Positions 55,132-64,000 of a DNA stretch of 64,000 nucleotides are shown piece after piece; the first letter of the stretch is position 1; each line of letters begins with the position of its first letter. Source of the stretch: Eledone cirrhosa (lineage: Eukaryota). The notes beneath the pieces are model-generated. The model did not search any database and was not told where the DNA came from. It saw nothing but the letters and a program-made list of their open reading frames with translations. Where the stretch lies: contig OZ024754.1 of NCBI GenBank assembly GCA_964016885.1, forward strand, positions 5,084,001-5,148,000. Direction: 5' to 3'. The position numbers were made by a program, and so were the translations under genes.

Positions 55132-56479
55132 CTCTATGTGTCTATCTTTCTCTACATCTATCTATCTATCTATATATCTACATATCTATCTCCTCCCTTC
55201 AGCCCAGCTCCACCCCTGCTCTTGTCTTTTGTTGACTCTTCTTTCCACCTCCCTACCAACCTACCCCCCCCCCCCCTCTGGTGTCTACTTTAAAAAAATA
55301 TATTACTTAAGAATGCATCACCAGACAAACTGATGGCTCTTTGACAGCGACAAGAATATTATTTTAAAAACACACACACACACGATATTTTTTATTTATT
55401 TATCTTTGTTGTTGTTGTTATTTGAGGGAAGCAGATGATTCTAACACCAACGATGTTATAAATCCTCTTGAAAATTCCGAAATCATATAAGAACTTCTCT
55501 ATATCTCTGTCAATCTATATCTCTGTCTGTCTGTCTGTCAATCTGTCAATCTATCTATCTGTCAATCTACCTACCTATGTATCTATCTATCTATCTCTCC
55601 TCCTTCCCCCTCCTTCTCTCTATCTTTCCCCCCTCCTCTCACTCTCTCACTCTATCTCTCTTTTAACGTTGGTTTACTCCAGATTCAATACTTACTGATC
55701 AGTGATGAGTTTAACCCTTTTGTTACAATATTTCTAATGAAAAACACTGACCATCATTTGCAAATAATTTTCAATTCTAAGGCTAGACATCTACAAAGAG
55801 AAACTGACCAATTTAATCAACCCCAGTACTAGACTTGACACTTTATTTTATTGACCCAGAAAGACTGAAAATTTAAGTTGATCCCTGGATCTCTAGATGA
55901 TATGAACTGAGAACGTAAAGATATCACAACTAGATGTCTCAAGCCACCCGATCTAATGTTGAAATGATATTGCCAAATCTTATATATAATGACTGGAGAA
56001 CTGCGAGACTATGTCCTCTTTAGATTTTTTTTTATCGTGTTATTAAAATAAATTGGATTACTTTGAATAAATCATGAATGAATATTATGTAATTTATCTC
56101 CTAATTTCGTAGCTCTTCATTAAACATAAATATTCTTATATATAAAATGTATTGCTTATTTCAAGATTCACTTCTGTTAAAATATACAAATGTCAACTTC
56201 CGTTAGCGCCCGTTATATCATAACATTTCACCACACACAAATCACATCACTAATATCATTTTCTACTTATCCGTTTTCATAACGTTTCACCGTAATGCAG
56301 TTTATATATAATATCGTCTTTCTTAAATATATCATGGATTACTTTACTGATTACAGAAGACAGTGTAACACAGTCTCTCTTTAATTTTTGTGCATATTGT
56401 CAATTTACTGTTCAGTTGATGTATCACATCTACATGCATATATACTTGTGTTTTCTGCTAGTGTTTATGATAAATGCTG

Positions 56480-56547
56480 TACTCACCTTTGTTTCTCATA
56501 ATAATTAATGTTTACCTTTTTCCCCTCTTTTCTTTTTATAGGTAAGT
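56480..56547 (+). promoter_or_regulatory. Candidate recursive splice site (3'ss directly followed by a 5'ss)
   Basis: Branch-like TACTCAC 56480-56486, no AG dinucleotide from 56462 to 56539, pyrimidine tract TTTACCTTTTTCCCCTCTTTTCTTTTT, TAG ending at 56541, then GTAAGT 56542-56547. Confidence 0.6.
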
Positions 56548-56870
56548 ACCTGTCTGTCAGTGTCTTTGGGAGGGTACCTTATGGTGTTGTACCTACCTAC
56601 CTCCTTATCAGTGTGTTTGGTAGGGTACCTTGCTGTGTTATTTTCCTCTCTTCACAAGTAAGTACCTCCCTCTGTGTCAGTAACATTGTGGACTAAATCA
56701 AGATGTGTTTGGGTGGGTACCTTGCGGTGTTGTTTTCCTCTCTATTCACAGGTAAGTACCTCCCTCCCTGTCACTGTGTTTGGGTGGGTACCTTGCGGTA
56801 TTGTTTTCCTCTCGTCATAAATAAGTACCTCCCTCTCTGTCAGGAACATTATGGACTAAACCAAGGTGTG
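56541..56870. repeat. Imperfect tandem duplications containing the splice motif
   Basis: GTAAGTACCT...GTGTTTGGGTGGGTACCTTGCGGT.TTGTTTTCCTCTC recurs 4-5 times. Confidence 0.85.
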
Positions 56871-56974
56871 TTAATCAAATAGACCGCGAATCACAAACTA
56901 CTTTCCTACAAAAGACTCTCATGTTAGACGTTGTATATACTCTGAGAAAAAGGGGTGACTAAGGTCCTTGACCC

Positions 56975-57482
56975 TTCAGGTTCTCATTTCAAATCCTGAT
57001 GAGGCCAACTTTGCCATTTATCCTTCCAGGATCAATAAAATAAGATAGAAGTTAAATACTTGGGGACAATATAATTAACTTTCCTGTTCCCCAAACTGCT
57101 GGCATGGTGCCAAAAGTAGAAACAATGGCATTGGCAAAATCAGTAGAGCATCGGATAACAGACTTCGCAGAATTTAGTTATGGCCCTTTACATTCTGAGT
57201 TCGAATCCTGCTGAGGTTGGCTTTGTCTTTCATTCTTACGGGGTCAATAAAATAAAGTACCAGTCACACACTGGGCTCAATTTAATCAACTTTCCCCTCC
57301 CCAATATTGCTTGCGTTGTGCCTAGAAAAGAAACCATTATTATTATTATGACTGGTTCAAATCCCGCCAAGGTTAACTCTGCCTTTCATCCTTACGGGGT
57401 CGATAAAATAAAGTACCAGTAATACACTGGGGATATGGGGATAATTGCTGGTCTGGTGCCAAAAGTAGAAACAATTATTATT
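56975..57482 (+). mobile_element. Three tandem SINE-A copies
   Basis: Central domain at about 57010, 57220 and 57380. Confidence 0.85.
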
Positions 57483-57547
57483 ATGACTGGTGATTAATGG
57501 AGTGCCACTCTTCCATGTACTTCCTAGAATTCCTGTCAGCTTGTATT

Positions 57548-58042
57548 GGTGATGGTGGGGTGGTGTTTAGTGGTGATGGTGGGGTGGTGTTTAGTGGTGA
57601 TGGTGGGGTGGTGTTTAGTGGTGATGGTGGGGTGGTGTTTAGTGGTGATGGTGGGGTGGTGTTTAGTGGTGATGGTGGGTGGTGTTTAGTGGTGGTGGTG
57701 GGTGGTGTTTAGTGGTGATGGTGGGGTGGTGTTTAGTGGTGGTGGTGGGTGGTGTTTAGTGGTGATGGTAGGGTGGTGTTTAGTGGTGATGGTGGGGTGG
57801 TGTTTAGTGGTGATGGTGGGGTGGTGTTTAGTGGTGATGGTGGGGTGGTGTTTAGTGGTGGGTGGTGTTTAGTGGTGATGGTGGGGTGGTGTTTAGTGGT
57901 GATGGTGGGGTGGTGTTTAGTGGTGATGGTGGGGTGGTGTTTAGTGGTGATGGTGGGGTGGTGTTTAGTGGTGATGGTGGGGTGGTGTTTAGTGGTGATG
58001 GTAGGGTGGTGTTTAGTGGTGATGGTGGGGTGGTGTTTAGTG
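57548..58042. repeat. 24-bp G/T-rich minisatellite, about 20 copies
   Basis: GGTGATGGTGGGGTGGTGTTTAGT. Confidence 0.95.
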
Positions 58043-59684
58043 GGGGGGGGGGGCAGTTTAATTATGGTCAAAGATGACACATATGTGTGTGACTATGTAT
58101 GTATATATATATATATATACATACACACACACCATCATCATTGTTTAACGTCCATCTTCCACACTAGCATTTATGAATGTGTGTGTGTATGTATATATAT
58201 ATATATATCTGTGTGTCTGATATACTGAACTGAATGTATGTTAACTTAAAGTTATGCACATATATATATATATGTATGTGTGTATATATGTATGTATGTG
58301 TGTGTATATATATATACATACATACATATATATACATACATACATACATATACACATACATATACATATACATACATATATATATATATACACACACACA
58401 CACTCTCACACTCATCTGCATAGATTTTGAAATTAATAGCTTTACATAGCCTGGTATAAATTGTCGAGATTTGACTTAAATTTTCACCATGTGTAATTTC
58501 ACAAAGTGGCCCCACATCTCTTCCTCCTTTGTTGCTGTTTGGGCCCCACACACAACCCCAAAACCTGATATTTCAGAATTAAAAGCCCTTTTGTTTTCAC
58601 CTCATTTATATATGTAGGTGTGTCGATGTATGTATATATATATATATTTGTGTGTATATATATATATAGAGAGAGATATAGATATATAATATATATATAT
58701 AGAGATAGATATTGTTTATTATATATATATATATATGTGTGTGTGTGTATGTATATATATTTGTATGTATATATATGTGTGTGTGTATATATATATATTT
58801 GTATGTATATATATATATGTGCGTGTGTGTATGTATGTATGTTTATATATATATCTGTATGTGTGTCTATATATATATATTTGTAAATATGTGGGTATAT
58901 ATATATATATATATGAAGAATATACAAAATATGTGGTGATGAGAACATATTAGTACCTTACTCCTACCCTACCTCCATGTGTGTCCCTTCCCCTCCACAC
59001 GCCACCCTCACACCCCACCCCCCCTTCTATTATTATTATTATATATTTCTTATATATTCACACAATTCTATTGATTTCTATATATCATTATCTTTGTGTA
59101 GAATCATCAGCCAATCCAGCAATATTAAACATTAACACACACATACACACATATGTATACACATATATATATACATATATATATACACACAAACACATAT
59201 ATATATACACACATATATATACACACAAACACATATATATAGACATACACACATATATATATATACACATACGTACACACATATATTTATACACACAAAC
59301 ACATATATATATACACACACACATATATATACACACATACACACATATATATATATACACATACGTACATATATATATACACAGATACACACACACACAT
59401 AGACATATATATATATGCATACGTACATACTCATAGACATACACAAGTTCTCTATATCTCCCTAGATAGACATATCTTTGTGTATAGATATGTATATATA
59501 TATAGATATCTATACATATATATATATACATATCTATACACATAGATATATATATAAATATATACATATCTATACACATAGATATGTATATATATATATA
59601 TATAGATATAGGTATGTATGCATATGCATTTATGTTTAAATATATTTACATAAATGTAAGTGTATATGTAAGTATATATGTGTG

Positions 59685-59715
<31 letters not shown>

Positions 59716-60152
59716 GTATACACACACGCACACACAGACATAATTGTATGTGTATATATATATATATATGTGTGTGTGTATACATGTAACAAAGATGGAA
59801 TATAACTGTATGGATATATACACATATATATATATATGTGTGCACAAATACTCAGTCATACCTTTCCCTCTACATACATCTGAAGGTATGGTCGCTAAGA
59901 GGTTTTCCTCTCACACACCTCTTCATTAAAATGTATGGACACCTCCCCCGCGCCATTATATTGTTTAAAACTTTATATTCATTGTGTGTATATATATGGG
60001 TTAAGTGAGTATACTATATGTATATGTATGTTTATATGAATATGTATGTGTTGTGTGTATGTGTGTATACTGTATGTGTTGTGTGTATACTATATGCATA
60101 TGTATGTGTTGTGTGTATGTGTGTATACTATATGCATATGTATGTATAAATA

Positions 60153-60292
60153 ATTGTTTCTACGTTAGGCACAAGGCCAGCAATTACCCCAGTGTATTAC
60201 TGGTACTTTATTTTATCGACCCCCGTAAGGATGAGAAGCAAAGTTAACCTTGGCGGGATTTGAACTCGGAATGGCAAGGGCCGTAACTCTAT
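60153..60292 (-). mobile_element. SINE family A fragment
   Basis: Family motifs in reverse complement. Confidence 0.9.
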
Positions 60293-60529
60293 GTATGTAT
60301 ATATAATGATGATAATAATAATGAAATTATTTTGTACAGTGCTCAGGTGCACTACAACTCATCAAAGGTGCATGTATGTATATTTGTATATATATGTATA
60401 TATCTATGTGTGTAGATATAAATTTACGTATGTATGTATATATATATATATACATATATATTTACATATATATGTATATATATATATATTCTCACGAGTA
60501 CTCATTTTTCTGACCGTCAACCACATATG

Positions 60530-60579
60530 GATATATATATGTATATATATATATATGGATATAAATATATATTGATATA

Positions 60580-60618
<39 letters not shown>

Positions 60619-60775
60619 TGTATATATATATGTATATATATGTATATGTATATATATGTATATGTATATATATATATGTATATATATATGTATATGTATA
60701 TATATATGTATATATATATGTATATATACATACGTATACATATATATACATATATATACATACATATATATATAC

Positions 60776-60871
<96 letters not shown>

Positions 60872-60882
60872 GTATATATATG

Positions 60883-60921
<39 letters not shown>

Positions 60922-60972
60922 GTATATATATGTATATATATGTATATATATATACATATATATACATATATA

Positions 60973-61030
<58 letters not shown>

Positions 61031-61036
61031 TACATA

Positions 61037-61074
<38 letters not shown>

Positions 61075-61076
61075 TA

Positions 61077-61109
<33 letters not shown>

Positions 61110-61278
61110 GTATATATATGCAGCATGTATGCCTCTTCCTCACCACTCCACATAGATGCTGTGACTGGCCAAGAATATGCCTGGATAGGTCTGTGCACGT
61201 CTGTGTGAAAGAGTGCATGTTATATTTGCATAGGAACTTATGTGTCTGCGTGTTTATATATATATTTGCATAGGTGCT

Positions 61279-61309
<31 letters not shown>

Positions 61310-61855
61310 TTGCATAGGTGCTTGTGTGTGTGTATATATATATATGCATAGGGGCTTTTGTGTGTGTATATATATTTGCATAGGAACTTATATGTGTCTG
61401 CGTGTTTATATATATATATTTGCATAGGTGCTTGTGTGTGTGTATATATATATATACATATTTGCATAGGTGCTTGTGTGTGTGTATATATATATATGCA
61501 TAGGGGCTTTTGTGTGTGTATGTATATATATTTGCATAGGGGCTTATGTGTGTGTATATATATTTGCATAGGAACTTATATGTGTCTACGTGTTTATATA
61601 TATATTTGCATAGGTACTTGTGTGTGTGTGTATGTATATATATAGTGCTTGTGTGTGTATATATATTTGCATAGGTGCTTGTGTGTGTATATATATTTGC
61701 ATAGGAACTTATATGTGTCTACGTGTTTATATATATATTTGCATAGGTGTGTGTGTGGATGTGTGTGTATAGTTGCATAGGGCCTTATGTGTGTCTATGT
61801 ATATGTGTATATATATTTATATATGCATAGGAACTTATGTGGCTGGCTGTGTGTA

Positions 61856-61897
<42 letters not shown>

Positions 61898-61900
61898 CAT
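60530..61900. repeat. Long (TA)n field, then TTTGCATAGG-anchored compound repeat
   Basis: Direct reading. TGCATAGG recurs about 16 times from 61224. Confidence 0.95.
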
Positions 61901-62042
61901 GGGAGCTTTTGTGTGTTTGTAGATGTGTGTGTGTGTGTGTGTATATATCTGTATATGTTTGTATGTGTGTGCATCGAACCCATGCCAGTATTTTCAAACA
62001 GACTTAATGATGATGGTGATCATTATGATGGATGTGTGTGTG

Positions 62043-62073
<31 letters not shown>

Positions 62074-62856
62074 GCACACAAAACTACATACTGTGCAGTT
62101 GCATACTTCAAACCACCCCACCCCACACTACAATACACATTAGAATCTAAGAATCTCCACCGGTCAAACCTTTTTTTTTTTTTGTGTGTTTTTTTTGGGG
62201 TTTTCTTGTTTTAAATATATATATTTATATATATATATTTTTTTTTTAGAATTTTACTTACCATTTATTTTATTTTCTATTATTGATTAATGTCTGAAGA
62301 ATCACAGCAGAATTTTTAGCCAGAAGCTTCTTTTTGCCTCTTTCTCCTCTGCTGTCTTGTCTTTATAATTTCTCCCCCCACCCACCACCGACCACCAACT
62401 CTGTAACCCCAAAAAAACAACAGAAGAGAAAATATATATATATATAAATCTAAAAAAAAATATATTGAATAAAAGTAAAATTAAATATATGTAAAAAATA
62501 AAATAAAAAATAAATAAAAACAATTATAAATTAAAGAAAACAAAAAAAATATATATACATATAGAAAGTAAGAGAAAGAAGCAAAAACTTATTGGAATTG
62601 CGAAGGAATTCTATTATAACTTAGCTAGAAGCAGAAAGATTCACCGATTCTGCAGAGTCATCCTGCTTCTGCTTCCATCTCTCTGGTCTCAACGCTGCAA
62701 CTAACTACAATAATAATAATGATAATGATGATGTAAATAATAAAAGAAAATAAATGAATTTTCATTTATTTTTTAAAAATATATATATACATATATATAC
62801 ATATATATATGTATATGTATATATGTAAGTATATAAGTATATATATATATATACAT

Positions 62857-62887
<31 letters not shown>

Positions 62888-62909
62888 CAAACATATATAT
62901 ACATACATA

Positions 62910-62945
<36 letters not shown>

Positions 62946-63693
62946 CATACACATATATATATATACATACACATATATATATATATATATATATACAAAC
63001 ATATATATATATATATACATACATATATATACATATATATATATACACATATATATACACACACATATATATATATTAATTTGTTTCTATCTGCCTAAAC
63101 ACACCTAGACACACATGTGTGCGTGCGTGTGCACACTTTTTCCTCTCTTTTTCCGAAAACTGCGATGTTGGAAATGGTGACAGTAGTCTTTGAGTGGTGG
63201 CGGCGGAAAGGGGGGACGGTGTTGTTGGATTCATTGGCGGTGGTTGTGCAGCGTAGCGCACAAGAGGAGTGAAAGAGAGAGAGAGAGGGCAGTGGTGTGG
63301 TTTTGATGGCAAAGCAGCACTATTATGCACATAGTGTGGCGGGAATGAAGGAATGGCAAGGAAGCGCGGGTGATGTGGAGGGGGCGGGGGTTGTTTTTTA
63401 TTTTTTTTATTTTATATTTTATATTTTTTAAATTGATTTTTGTAAGTATTCCTCTCTCATCCTCCCTCTCTCTCTCTGATCTCACTCCTCTCCCTTCTCC
63501 TCCTCTCTCTCTTTCTCTCTTTCTTTCCTCTCTCAAGAATGTGGAGTTGTTTTGTAATGCATGAAGGAAGTAGTTTCATCGCAGTTATATCACATCTCTT
63601 CTCACCTCCTGTACAGGAGAACATACATACATATATATGTATATATGCACATATGTGTATATGAATGTATATATGCATATATGCATATATATG

Positions 63694-63740
<47 letters not shown>

Positions 63741-63801
63741 GTATGTGTATATATAACCATACTAGCATAGAGAAGCAGACGTTAAATGATGATGATAGTA
63801 T

Positions 63802-63838
<37 letters not shown>

Positions 63839-63903
63839 CATACATACATACAAATATATATATATGTGTGTGCATGTTTGTATACTCTCAACCATTACAT
63901 ACA

Positions 63904-63954
<51 letters not shown>

Positions 63955-64000
63955 GTACATATATATGTATATATACATATGTACATATATATACATATGT

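Noticed and set aside
59070-59115. Minus-strand CTGATGA...GAAA (similar case at 42675-42706)
   Set aside because: GAAA is sequestered in the stem and there is no stem I complement, so these are chance matches.

Overview
AT-rich, microsatellite-saturated animal non-coding DNA. The repeat landscape looks like an octopod cephalopod, which is my inference. No protein-coding exon can be supported: nearly every ORF in the track is a (TA)n, (CA)n, (GA)n, (GAT)n or (GGT)n read-through. The window holds two tRNA-type SINE families, two TTAA-flanked (piggyBac-like) MITE families that nest into themselves, an RTE-derived element and many minisatellites. The standout signal is an unusual density of type I hammerhead ribozyme motifs (CUGANGA-stem II-GAAA-stem III-UH). 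I count nine complete motifs from about five sequence families, plus a family of half-hammerheads. Most are the minimal form with a palindromic stem III, associated with Penelope-like elements and retrozymes, and four of them sit in two long foldback palindromes. One fully canonical GUC hammerhead lies inside a unit bounded by a 49-bp direct repeat. A second strong signal is a textbook recursive-splice (ratchet-point) motif, polypyrimidine-AG|GTAAGT at 56541/56542, which has been locally duplicated. It suggests the window lies inside a very long + strand intron. All structures were paired by eye and none has been computed or tested.
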